A DNA stretch of 64,000 bases. Source: Hamiltosporidium tvaerminnensis FI-OER-3-3. Taxonomy: Eukaryota; Fungi; Microsporidia. The stretch lies in contig CM061248.1 of the NCBI GenBank assembly GCA_022605425.2, positions 1,380,060 through 1,444,059 on the forward strand, in the 5' to 3' direction. A program made the translations under genes and the position numbers. The notes under the pieces are model-generated. The model made no database searches. It was not told the DNA's origin and was given only the letters and a program-made list of their open reading frames with translations. Each line of letters begins with the position of its first letter. Within the stretch, counting starts at the first letter, position 1. This document shows positions 41,801 to 54,800 of this stretch, in pieces.

Positions 41801-44800
41801 TTATAAAGAATTCCCGAAATTACTTTGGTTCTATTTTGTAATTTCTAAAATAAATTTCATAATCGATTCAAAATCTAAGAAATACCTCAGATAAAGAATT
41901 AAAGAAATAATTATTAAAGATTCATAATAAATATTTTTTTCAAAATCCATTTAATTAGTACAGTCGAATAAATATATTTTACTCAAAAAGACAGCCTAAT
42001 GCCCTCTTAAGAAAAAACATTTTTATTTTGAATTAAATAATTTCTACATTTTTTACATTTTCTTGTTTTTTTAATTTTATTCAATTACTTAAAATCTTTT
42101 TTTTCAAACAAAATCTGTATTGTTTTAATGAGAGATGCGCAATATCATAATAAGTTTGTAGACTTATATGAAGACCTTTAAATAGGCGTTTACATCTTCT
42201 TTTCTAAATATCTTTACAGATTAAGTAATTTTTTCAGCATATTATTTAATGTATGGATTTATATAATAAACGCAATAAGTTTCGATTTTATTGTACACCC
42301 TGCTCTTTTTTGCTAGTAATTCACGTGTTTAGATGTGATAATAATATTTAAAGATAAATAAAATTTCTTTCGGATTTTCAAGACATTAAATGAGAAGAAA
42401 AAATAAGAGATAAATAATCTAATATATGTATATTAGGCCATTATAAAAGTCTGGCTCCTAACTGGTCGCCCTTACTATTATTTGTTAAATATAATATTTT
42501 GAAAAATTTATATTTTTTCCCAATTTCTAGAATCCATGCAACATATGTTTAGACTATTTAAAACATTAAAAGCAATAAAAGTTAAACTTTTTGTTTATAT
42601 CCCCTGATTTCTATTTAGAACATAGTTTTTCTAACAAAAAAAAGATTATTTAGGTTAAATTCTATATTCTATAATTTCTATATCTCGTTTTTCTCGTATT
42701 CACCATTTGGTTATGACTAAATCTTTCTGATTTATAGAAGCAAATTGTTTCGATTTTTGTATCACTACCGCTCGAATAACTATATCTTCTGTTTCTTTCT
42801 GGATTTTAAGCATATAAAGTAATTTTCATTGTTTTATAGGGTATTGATTTCTATAGTTTCAGGATATATCCATATTCTAACTTCTAATATTTATCTCAAA
42901 ACAAAAATATATTATAAGATATTAATTTAATTTGCTTATTGTTCTAAATTTTTAATATTGATTGTTTCACTCTGATCAATTTAATTTCTATATACTGAAC
43001 TTCTATAAATCGCACAAATATTTCCTATAAAAAAATATATAACATATTATCAGCGTTTTATTATCTAAAATAATATTTTCAAGCTATTATTCTCTTTTTA
43101 TAAGAGAAGTAAATATATCAGTTTATTTATTAGATTTCCAAATAAAATTAAATCGATTTTCATACTTGCGTACTTCCCTTTCGAATGATAAATATCCTAA
43201 ATTTATAATCATATTTTTTTCTAAAAAAGCATTAGAGCCTATATATATATAAATAAACTGAATTCATGAAGCAAAAATATATAAAATTAGTAATTGCAAC
43301 GTCTAATAAAAGCTTAAATTAATATTTTTATACTTTTAACAGTTCCCATTTAATTTTACTTAATCTAATTAATACTTAACATGAAATTTAGAAGGAAGAA
43401 GAAATTAAAAAAAAATTGTGTTAAAAAACATTTCTTAAAAAAATTATTCTTAGATTTATTTTCGAAATAAATTCGTATCTAATACCTTTAGACGCGCACA
43501 ATCTATTCGTTTTGGGCATCTTCTTATAAATACCACCCATAACATAAAATTATACTCATGAAAAGAAAACTTTCTTCTGTTAGATAAAAATCAGACTCGT
43601 ATATATTCTGATATAATTCTAGATAATATTATTTAAATCTATGTGCTTTTTTACTTTTCATATTCAAGAAGTAAAATCTTTTTAAAGGTTTAAATTTTTT
43701 ACTTAACAGTATCATAGAATCTCTTTTATCAATAAAATTAAAAATAAAGCTATTTTGCAAATAAAAGTAATTAAAAACATTTTTTAAAATATGGTTTCGA
43801 AACTTTCATAAGCAAAATTCCAATTCAAACAGTTACAATTTAGCATGTTTCTCAAAAAATATTTATGTTTAACTCAATACAAATAAAAGTTATTACAATA
43901 AGTTGGAAAAACAATTTCTTCTCCAGATCTAATATAAAAAAAAATATCTGTCATCGTTTGCATTTACCATATATAGTTAGGTACCATAAAAAGCCATTTA
44001 CTTTTTAAACATAGAGAAAAAAACTTATCTAATCGAAAAAAACACTATTTAGAATTTTTTGATAGTCTTAAATTATTCGGTTGAATAAATACATTACCGT
44101 TTTATTATAGAAGAAAACATAGATAATATAAAAATGCTTTTTCTATAAATTTTATATTTATTCACATAGATATATAATAATCAAAAAAACAATTAAAAAC
44201 TTATTTTATTGACTACGTTTACATCAAAAATATTTCTTAAATAGTTTTTAGTCGAATATTTACATATAATATATGTATATTGAAAAAAATATTATAAAAT
44301 AAGATAGGCGGTAAAAACCAACAAAAAATATTGGTATAACGAATTTAAATTTTAAAATCATATTCAAGAAAAATTTAACCAACGTACGTATGAAAAATAA
44401 ATTACAAAATAAAATAATGAAAGGTAATTTCTAAAATAAATAATTTAATATAAAGAGTATACGAAAAAGATTACAGGAAAAGTATCACAACGTAAAAATA
44501 TAAAATGATTAAGAATAAAACAAAGTGAAAATAAAGAAATATTTTGTAGTTACGATATTTAGAAAACTGTAAAGCTTATAAAATCTGAATATTTTATTAG
44601 AAGTTCATTTAGAAAAATTTAGAAGACTTGAAAAAATATTAATAAAGAGTGATTCATTTCGAGAAAGCCAATTACTATTTATTTTCGCTCTTTTCTAACC
44701 AGTTCTCTATTTCTTCTATTTATCTATAAACTTTCATCTTTATAATATTGAATATATTTATGACATATATGGATAGAAATCAAATTTACAAAATATGAAA

Positions 44801-45359
44801 AATAAAAAAGAAGTTATAATATTTTAAAATAAATAAACGAACAGTAAACCAAGAATAAAATAAATATTACGAGAGTAGTTTTTTTTTGGTTTATTTGAAT
44901 TCTAGAACACTTCTTCGTTTGTATTGAAATGTCTGTATAATTTTATTTTTTTTCTATATAGTAATAAAATGTTTGCATTGCTAAAAAAATAAATATATAA
45001 AAAAAATTAAAACGAAACCCTACTGATTCAAATCGGAAATGTGGTTATATAATAATAGATATGTGAATAGAAATAAATATTAAACCAAGGAAGAAAACAT
45101 TAGACAATTTAACGAAAGAACTAGATGAAATGTTTATTTTAATTGTAAAGATTTATTTAAATTAAGCCATCAAATATATTGTACAAAATGATAGCATCAA
45201 GGTGATATAATTTGAAACGAAGTATTACACTTGTTTCCGCAGCAGTTAGAGTTTTATTTATTCAAAGATTATATTTTGTCGCAGTCATTTATATTTTTAT
45301 AAATTGCTTTTTTTGCATCCTATCATTCTAAAATTATTTTAATTTACCAGATTGTATTA

Positions 45360-45414
45360 CACATAAGAAAAGCAAAATTTATTCCACATAAGAAAAGCAA
45401 AATTTATTCCACAT
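45360..45414. repeat. Perfect 25-bp tandem duplication
   Basis: CACATAAGAAAAGCAAAATTTATTC twice, plus CACAT. Confidence 0.95.
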
Positions 45415-46149
45415 TAGATCATGTTCTAGATATTTCAAAAAATAAAAATGGATTACAATTAGATTTATTGCTTAACATACCCTTTCACACATCAACTCAG
45501 TATCCTAACAATTAAAATTTGAAAAACGTAATCAATAATAAAATTTTTGTATAATAATTTCATTTCTTAAATAAGTAATCCTGTTAATGGCTTTCTAATA
45601 CTGAATAAATTTCTTTTATTATTTTAAATCTGTACTTGCTGTCTTAAGAACAGTTATGGCCAACGATAGAAAATTGCAAAGGTTGGCATTTGGGTATTTT
45701 TTTTCTAAAATCTTAACCATTTATGAATTGCTTTATTATCATGCGTAAATTAAATTTTTTTTTCTAAATTATTCATGAGTAATTATTTTTAAATAATAAA
45801 ACTTTAACGTTTTCTTACAATTAAAAATATTTCAGTTTTCTGTTTATGTTCATTGGTAAATTACTTTAAAAATTTTCTTGGTGAAAATCCTTTAAAATAT
45901 CTTGTATTTTTTCATATACGTTTTTTATACGTTGTATGAAGAACAACTTTATTAAAAAGAAAAATACTTTAGCATAGAACACACCTCACTCATGTATCAT
46001 AAAGTAAATAGTTTTTTTTATACTTTGAATGAAATAGGTAAAGATAATTTAAAAGAATAACGTATTATGAAAGAAGTAAATGAAATTTATTTGTTTTTAA
46101 AAGTTTAAACTTAACCCCAGCAAATATTTATTTTTTTCTTTATGTTATA

Positions 46150-48050
46150 CATTCACATCAAGTCTTCTTAAATAGGCCATTATGTCCAATGATTAAGCTC
46201 TTTAAGATTGTGTTATTACAATTAGAATTGATGAAATTAATATGGTAATTATCTACCAATATATTATAACGGAATGAATTTACCTATTTAGTTTGTTTGC
46301 CTCTAAACAAGAACGGATAAGTTTTTAAACTTACCCTTTGAATCATAGTGGTAACACATTTAAAAGCTTCAATATGCCCGTTCTATAATCAAATTCAGTC
46401 TAGGTTGTTTATAATAAATAGATCCACCTGCGATTTTCCAATAAATATCTCAATTGTTTGTGGCACAAGTTTCTATGGCTTCTATATTAGATTTAATATT
46501 TATTCATATTAAAAGAGATCAGAGGTTTCATAGCAAAATAGTCATAAGTATCTTAAGCCAAGGCCATTGCATTAAAAACCCAGCCTTTTATAATTTATTT
46601 GACTTTAAAAAATTTATCGACTTTTTTTCTATATTTCAATGATAAAAATGGTAATTTTGATATTAAAATTTATAAATCAACAAAGATAATCATAAAATTT
46701 AATTTGTAATATTATAAATTCATGACTCCTTTAATTATAAGACAATATATACTTATCTTTCTAAATTAATATTCACCTATAAATATATTTAGATATTAAA
46801 ATGATATAATCCTTGCTTATTTCGGAATAGTATAGACTGCCCATTAATTTGGGAAGATTTGATTGTAGATTAATATAGAATTACGAGAAAGTATATTAAA
46901 AATTAGTTATATTAATTGGGTTTGAGCCGAACTAAATTTAATTAAAGTTTAACTTTCTTATAATCATATCAAAATATTATTTACATTATTATATTTTGGC
47001 TTTATTTCTTGTTTTAATACGTATACTTAATAAAAATAGTTACAATCTAAAAACCAAAGAAAATATATCAAACGAACTATTTTAAAAATTATTGTAACAA
47101 TTTTCTTTCAATTAGGCAAATAACTTAAGAGTACTTAATTTTACATAAATTGGATGCAAAGTATTTATTAGAATTTGGTTTTAATATAGAAGTAGCATAA
47201 TAAAAAGTTTTCTGTATCACTTCATGACAGTTTACTGTACTATATATATTATTTAAAAGTCTAATTAATTTAAAATTAGATATAAATTAAAAATATACTT
47301 AACATATTTAAATCGAATTAATATACGTATAATTATAATGATTTAAGTTATTTAAATCTCACTATATAGTTTAAAATGAAATATTTATTGCTATCTATAT
47401 TTAAATGAACCAAATATCAGAGTTCATTATACTATAAATTGTATTATATATTAGTAAATCAAAGCCATTAAAAATCCCAAAATATCATATATATTTCAAC
47501 AAAAGCAATAGTATTACATTTCTCATTAATTACTCGAAAGTATTATACATGATATTTGAATACTTTTTACATTTATATCTTTTTTTAATTAGTTTTATAT
47601 TGTGTTTAAGAAGTTGTAACAATGCATATATAATATGCGCTATAACTGTTTGATTAATTTAAGGAAAGGTAAATAGTAAAGGTTATTTTGAAATCTATAG
47701 TTACGTATGAATCCCTTATATGATTAATGTTTCCAACAATATACTGCGGGCTTTTCAAAACGAGTTAACCAAATTTAATCCAGCCATATTTAGGTTGAAC
47801 ACAACTTATTATGACCAAGATTATAAAACCTCGTTTTTAAATACTATGTTAGGGTTTTAATAGTACGAATGTTCCAAACAACCATAAAAAACCAACCAAT
47901 ACCTTACACACAAAAACTTCCAATTATGTTAAATTTTATAAGTTTATTAGGGTTAACATATTAATATAATATCAGAAGAGAAAATAATTACTTATATTTA
48001 CGAATATTATATATTGATATGAAATAACTAATTTGAAGTTAAATGAATAT
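46150..48050 (-). pseudogene. Subtelomeric gene family copy C (decayed)
   Basis: Core at 47690-47960; YGWIKFG*LVLKSPQYIVGNINH. Confidence 0.65.
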
Positions 48051-49396
48051 AAAATGAACAAATAACATAAATTTTATACATTATTTAGCTATAAATCTTG
48101 CTTTGAAATATAAATTAATCATTGAAATGACCTGAATTATTTTATATGACCCAAACAAGTGATTGATTAAGTAACGACCTGAATTTGTAAATGAATAAGA
48201 AAAGAATGAAGTAAAATAAATGTAACAGAATTGAAAAAAGTCATTTCGAAAAAAAAACAACCAAAAAACCAAAAAATGTATGTACTGCTATAACTAAAAT
48301 GAGTTTTAGCAAAAAAAATTTGATATAAGTAAATTTTTAAATTAAGAAAACACAGCCAAAATGAATAATAAACTAAAAAAATGTACGAAAGAAATATCGG
48401 TAACTGTAATCTAACATATAATCTCTTTTTATGCAAGAAAAATATTATATTTTAACATCTATAAACAAAAGTATTTATTTAAACATAAATAACGAACTAT
48501 ATACTAATTTACATTAAAGTAACGACTTTATAAATTTTATATAACATAAATTTACTCCAAACTAGTACAGGATAAATCAGGAATAGTTTGTTAATATAAC
48601 GCATATACGAAACTATGTGTATTTAATTGAAAGCCAATATAAAAATACCGAGAGCAAAATATATAAGAAAAACAAGTAGATTTTTTAACTATGTAAGACA
48701 CATTACAATTCCAAGACTAAGACACAATAAACTTAAATTTACAAAAATATACATGACTTAATAAAATTTTAGAAAAGGTAATTAAATAAGGAATAAAAAC
48801 CCATTCTAAAGTATTATATCTAAAAAATAGGCATTTACAAAACCTCCATAGTATTATACATAATATTAAAGAATTTAAAATCAAAATTTTAAAGTTTAAA
48901 AAAATTATTGTGAATTAATCAAAGTAAACACATAAGCTATAATTATCTTAAAGATTTATATAACATTTTAGACGCCTTTAAAATTGGGTTATTAAGAAAA
49001 ATAGTATAAAAACAAAATTAATACAAATAATATGTAAGAAAAGTATATATTTTAAACATAAACCGAAAATTAGATAAAAAATAGAATGCTAATAAACATA
49101 AAATTAGATCTGTAAACTAAAAGAATCTATGAGATATTCAAATTAAGAACGACAGTGTAGTTCGATAGGATTTATTTTATTTGCGAAATAATGCTCGATA
49201 AATAAATAGTACAACTAGAACTTTCTTTATTAGAATACATATTTTTTAGTGAAATAACTTAAATTGTGAAAATAAATAGAATAATAATTTAAATGATATA
49301 AACCGTAAAATGAAAAATAATATTACATAAGTTTAAAGTAACTGAATATCAGCGTTAACGAAAAATATATAATAATTGCATAAACCAAAACACATT

Positions 49397-50116
49397 AAAT
49401 GAATTAAAACTATACAATATTTTTAATAAAGGAGTAAGTGTTGTACTTTTTCATAAAATTGCTTAGTTCTAGGTTTGACATCAGTGACTGGACCTAACAC
49501 TCCATCGTTACCTTTAGAATACCTAAATCCCAAAGCATTTCATATATAATAGCTTAAGAACCCATTTAATAAGCAATTTAGTTGCTTCGAGTTTGTTAAT
49601 ATCTGTTGCGGAGGTGTGATTGTATATAGAACCCGACTCGAATTGTACCTTTACATACCCTGCAGCATTTTAACTTAATATACACGTGCCGAATAAACTA
49701 ACAGCTAGCTAAGATATATTTCGGCGAATTACACGAAAAAACCAGCGAAGATGCAATGTCATACCACCATAAATAACCCACGCAATCCCTTTTCAGTTTT
49801 AGAAGGGTTTATCTTTCTATTTCCAATTCGCAGAGTCTTCTAAAGCAGTTTTTAAGACTAGATTTTTAAATTTCTATGGATATTATCTATAAGTTCAAGT
49901 GCAGTCTACAATTGAGCACAAGAAAAAAGCAAAAATATATTAATATAAAATTTTCGTGATTTTATGAACTTCTCCTTTTCATACGAACACCCATGTAACA
50001 AACGTAGAAGTAGTGTGGTTTTTATCACACCAAAAATCCAAAATATTTTCTTCACACCAGTTTGACTTAATCATTGCCAAGAAGAATGTTTTTTTTGTGA
50101 CTATCCTCACACCACC
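49397..50116 (-). mobile_element. Older decayed full-length copy of the SINE-like element
   Basis: Colinear with the reverse complement of 52755-53484 throughout (AGTTCTAGGTTT, CCCAAAGC, CTAGCTAAGATATATTTC, TGCAATGTCATACCA, GTAGTGTGGTT, CACCAAAAATCCAAA, TCATTGCCAAG). Confidence 0.85.
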
Positions 50117-50959
50117 AAAAATACAATTTAAATTCATTATTTACGCTACAAATAAAAACATTTGAATATTTATGATTTCAGCATAGTAAAAGTGCATGTA
50201 AAGGTTTTTATAAATTTAGCTACTGGTTTTTCGATGAATTAGAAATAAATCGAAGTATTAGAATAACATAACCATATAATATTGAAAAATAAAACGTTTT
50301 AACAGAAAATCAATGAGGAAAAATATATGTATAAAATTTAGAATAAAAATTTTTTAAAATGTTTTAATAATCATATCATATATTTGAATCAAATCTACTA
50401 AAATCAAATTTTAAAAGGTACGCTTTTCAATTTTAGAAACAGGGAAACAAAAATTAGAGATATTTACATGCCCCTAAATATGTTTTAATTCTTTATGTTT
50501 TCTCTTAGGTTTAAAGCAAATAAAAGAATGTTTTCAAAACAATTTAATTTCAGTATGTATTTTGAAAATTTCTATCCTTATATTTCTGATATCAAAATAT
50601 TTTTTTATTGAAAAAATTGGAATGAAGAGGTAACTCAAGAAATACGAACAAAAAGGAGGAAAACGGGTGTAATGGCTATATCAGTGAGTATGCAAGGTGT
50701 TTATTATATTCTCTGCTTCTTAATGGATTGTCCATCAAAATGAAGTTGTTGTTACGAATTATTCGCAGTTATAGTTAAGATATAAAATAATTAGATTATA
50801 TTGTTACGTCGCTAGATATCTAGTACAACATCGTTAAAGTTGTATGTAACAAATGATTGGAACATTTAGTTTGATCTCTGATTATATTACACCTTGAAGC
50901 AGTTTTATATAATATTGAATTTAATCAAAAGATTCTTTTTTTGATTTGTGCAAAATTTC

Positions 50960-51420
50960 TCGTACCACTTACTCGGAAAAGACGAAAGAGGCATGGCTAG
51001 GGGCGAGTAAGCAGTTTGATACACACGGCCGTTTATATTGGCCTAGAATCAAAGCTAGGGTTTTATGAAAAGTATTTGGAAATTTTGAAGAATTTTGAAA
51101 TATATATCAACAGTTAGCAAGATCACATTTGCAATCTCGGCTACAACCGAACACAATTTGGAAATTTTTGTTGGTGGTAGAACCAAAAGCATGTATCGTT
51201 GTTGAGATGTAAAAAAAGGAAGTTTTGTGTGTCAAGTAATCTAATTCCTATGAAATATTTTTTAGTGGTGAAATCGAAATACGTAATTCGAATATTTTCA
51301 ATAAATTGAATTTAAAAATGCAAATGATATATTTTGAATGCCAGAAGATTTTAATTGAAGAAAATTACTTCATAATCCCTTGGAATTGATTTCAGAAAAG
51401 GCTGAAATATTGGCTGGGTT
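50960..51420 (+). mobile_element. Possible gypsy integrase relic
   Basis: LGASKQFDTHGRLYWPRIKARV (zinc-domain G..K...YWP pattern), then TQFGN/FLLVVE and PLELISEK across frameshifts. Confidence 0.35.
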
Positions 51421-52199
51421 TGTAATGAAGAGGAATTAAAGAAACTTTATGTTTTAAAGAAAGTAAATAAAATATTTTAAAATTTGGCTTATATTATCTT
51501 TGAAATATCTGGATTCATATAAAAAAATTCAATTTCTAAATTAATCTTTACACTCCCTGGTTTATTTAATTGTTCTCTTTGTTATTCGTTCGTATCTAAT
51601 ATTATATTTCAATCCGTTGCAATTAGTTTATTTATATTTCTTAGTTTAATATCCGAGGATTTCTTTTATTAAATTTAACATTCTTAATTCCTTGGATTAA
51701 ACGCTTTGATATATTTCTTGATTCTTGAATTATTTTTGAAATATTCTCACGAAAAATATTTTGTTTAGCAAAACAAAAGTCTTCCATTTCAACCAAAGAA
51801 ATTCAATCGATCTTTATAATACATGTTAGTATAGTTTTAATTCATTAATATATTCAATAAGGTTTGCTATATCTTAAAATAGATAATTCAAATTTCACTG
51901 CGGAATAAATAAATCGTAGAAATTACCCATTTATTCAAAAGACCGGAATTTTTCATAAGATCAGAGTCATTTATATATCATAACTATTGCGTGTGTAGTT
52001 ATAGAAAAAAAATGAAAGCGATTATTTAAATAAAAAAGTATTATGATTAATGCTTAACTATAGTTATTGGTTTTTTATTGGGTATAAGTTTAAACAAAAC
52101 AAAATTGTCTATGGATATAATTTTCATATCGTTATTTACTCCGAGAATTTGCGAATAGATAAATCTGTATATGAAGGTAATTTTTGGTCTCAGAGTTTA

Positions 52200-54800
52200 T
52201 GAAACAGGTGTGTCTGTTATTTGTAAAATTATTTATAAATTTTACTAAGTGCTCGAGTTTTATTTTTTCGTTAAATCCGACCTAGATAAAATCGCTTGAG
52301 TTCTTACACATTGCCGCTTGAATTCCATAGGAGCTAAATATTAAAAAATTTTACATACACTTTTCATGATACAAATCAGCTGAGGTAGTGTAAAAAGTAT
52401 AAATTTGCTGCGATTTTTTTGAAAAATATATTTAGTATTGTGGAACAGTTATTTTGCTCTGATTTAGATTAAATCTTTTACAGTTCATTAGGTAATAGAA
52501 GTTCAATAATAAGATAGTGCTAAGTCACACTTAGATGATACCAAAACTTAAAAAATCCAAGATTAATCATACCTATTAAAGTTTTGAATGTCTAATTGTG
52601 TTCTTTTTAAATTTTAAGTGTACAAATCATGATTTGATAATATTATATTTGAACAACAAACTCAATCAAAAATTTTATTTAGTGAATTAGAATAGACGTC
52701 TACTTTCACAAACATACTTTATTTTTTAATTATTATAATATAATATTCGTTTATGGTGGAGGGAGGATAACCACATAAAAAACTTTCTGCTTGGCAATGA
52801 GTGTGTGAAACTGTTGTGAGATCATTGTTTGGATTTTTGGTGGGAATTAACCACACTACATCTTCGGTTGTTCCATGGGAGTTGTTATAAAGAGGAGAGG
52901 TCTAAGAAATGGAGAAAATTTTTCTACAAATTTATTTGTAGTTTTTTATGTAACCAGATTGCAGACCGCAGCTGAACATGTAGGTAATCGCCATGTAAAA
53001 GCATGGAAACTAGCCTTGCTCACTCGGGTTAGAAGACTTAGCGCCCGGGAGATATAAAAATAAAACCCATTAAAAGCCGGGAGAGCTAAGTAGCAGGTTA
53101 TACCTGTTGGTATGACATTGCACTGTCTAGGTGGACCCCATGTAAGTCTCTGAAATATATCTTAGCTAGAAGTTTATTGGGTTCAGAAAGTGTAGAGTAA
53201 GTGGGAATGCTGCATAGTCTTGGGGGAGCCCAGGGGGGGCTTCGGCCTTCGATCACACACCATGCAACGGACATTAACGAACTCCGGGCAACTGCCTCGC
53301 CTATTAAATTAGGTTCTACACACCTGGTAGATGAAAGGCTTTGGGACGTAGGTATCGCAGGGGTTACCGGTGGAGTGTTGGGGTAGCAGTCATTTATGTT
53401 AAACCTAGAACTGCGTTAATGTCATGAAAACAAATATAACACTTGCCACTATTGTAAAAAGATGTGATATTTTTAAATAAAGTTATATAATATTCGTTTA
53501 TAAATACATTTTGAAATCAATGTATCAACGATTCTAGTATATTACTTTATTCAAATGAATTTCTGAAAAGTTTGAAAATTAATTCGTAGCTTTGCATATA
53601 AACAAGAAATATATATATTAGGCATATGTAAAAAACGAGTATTTAATTTAGTTTGAAATAAACAAATTTATTTAAGATTTACCTATTTTTAAAATAAATT
53701 AAAATATCAGGTAAAATATTCTATACTTCAAATATTTTTTGTATTGTATGTACGACTTAATTTACAAGTTTAACACGAAAAAAAATACAAAATTAAAATA
53801 TTTTAAGAATTAGTTGTAGAATTTTGTTTGAACAAAAGAATAGGTTAAGAAAATTAAAATTTGCATATATTTATGTAAAAACTTTTATTGAAATTGGTTT
53901 TAATATATAAGTAGTATAATAGAAATCAAGTTTTCAATCAAGAGAATTTATCGTATTATGATTTTATTTTAATCTATTTTGTATATCTTACTGTATACTA
54001 TATATTTCCAAAAAAAAGACCTAACATGATTAAAAGCAATCAATATACTTATAATAAAAATAATTTAAGTCAGTATATTAAGACTACATAGTAAAAAACA
54101 AATAATTTTTTTATATGGATATATTAAGGCGAACTAAAAATTGAATCAATTTATATGGATTATAGTTATATGAATAAAAAATCAATGTCTGTATAGATCG
54201 GGAGAATATCACATCAATATTGACTATAGCAATAATATATTACACAACTCCTAAATTTTCGTAAAAGTAGTATAAATGAAATTCAAATACCCTTTTCACT
54301 TGTATATCTTTCTTTCATATTATATTTGTATTTTTTTTGTGCTAAAGAAGCAATGCATACATAATACCTAGCAGTTCGCTCAATTTTCGAGAAAGTATCT
54401 AATATGAGGTTATATAGAAATCCAGAGTTACGCATAAATCCCATATATGATTAATGTTTCCATCAATATATTGAATGCTTTTAAAAACAATTTCACGAAA
54501 TTTAATACTGTCATATTTAGATCGAACACAACATATTATGACCAAGATAAAAAAATCTTATTTTTAGATAATGAGTTAAGTTTTTAATTGTCCGGATGTT
54601 CGTAATACGCATAAAAAAACAACCAATACCTTACACACAAAAACTTCCAATTATGGTTAATTTTATAAGTCTATTAAGCTTAACCCCTTAAAATCATATA
54701 AGAATAGATAAAACTTTGTCATATATTTAAATATAACATAATGATATTTAATAAGAAATTTGAAGAACAATAAATTAAAAATAAATATAAATCTATCCAA
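52200..54800 (-). pseudogene. Subtelomeric gene family copy D, interrupted by the 730-bp insertion
   Basis: Core at 54400-54700 (YDSIKFREIVFKSIQYIDGNINH). Removing the insertion and one TSD copy restores colinearity with copy A (18700-19800). Confidence 0.7.
52755..53484 (+). mobile_element. SINE-like non-coding retroposed element (730 bp), young copy
   Basis: Exact 17-bp direct repeat ATATAATATTCGTTTAT at 52738-52754 and 53485-53501; empty site in paralog A (~18890); ends TAAATAAAGTT; no long ORF; many stems. Confidence 0.85.

Noticed and set aside
53020-53035. CTAACCC (minus strand) as a telomerase RNA template
   Set aside because: Only 7 nt, followed by G rather than T, on the strand opposite the inferred RNA, and absent from the old copy.
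53140-53170. Group I intron R/S-like words (TTCAGAGACT, AAGATATA) on the minus strand
   Set aside because: Wrong order and overlapping; a 17-bp TSD is not expected for an intron.
53185-53210. LSU rRNA-like GTGTAGAGTAAGTGGGA
   Set aside because: No flanking universal rRNA motifs; no rDNA is supported in this window.
49397-53484. Two inverted ~720-bp copies as terminal inverted repeats of one DNA transposon
   Set aside because: The right copy has its own TSD inside gene copy D, the copies differ greatly in age, and no transposase lies between them.
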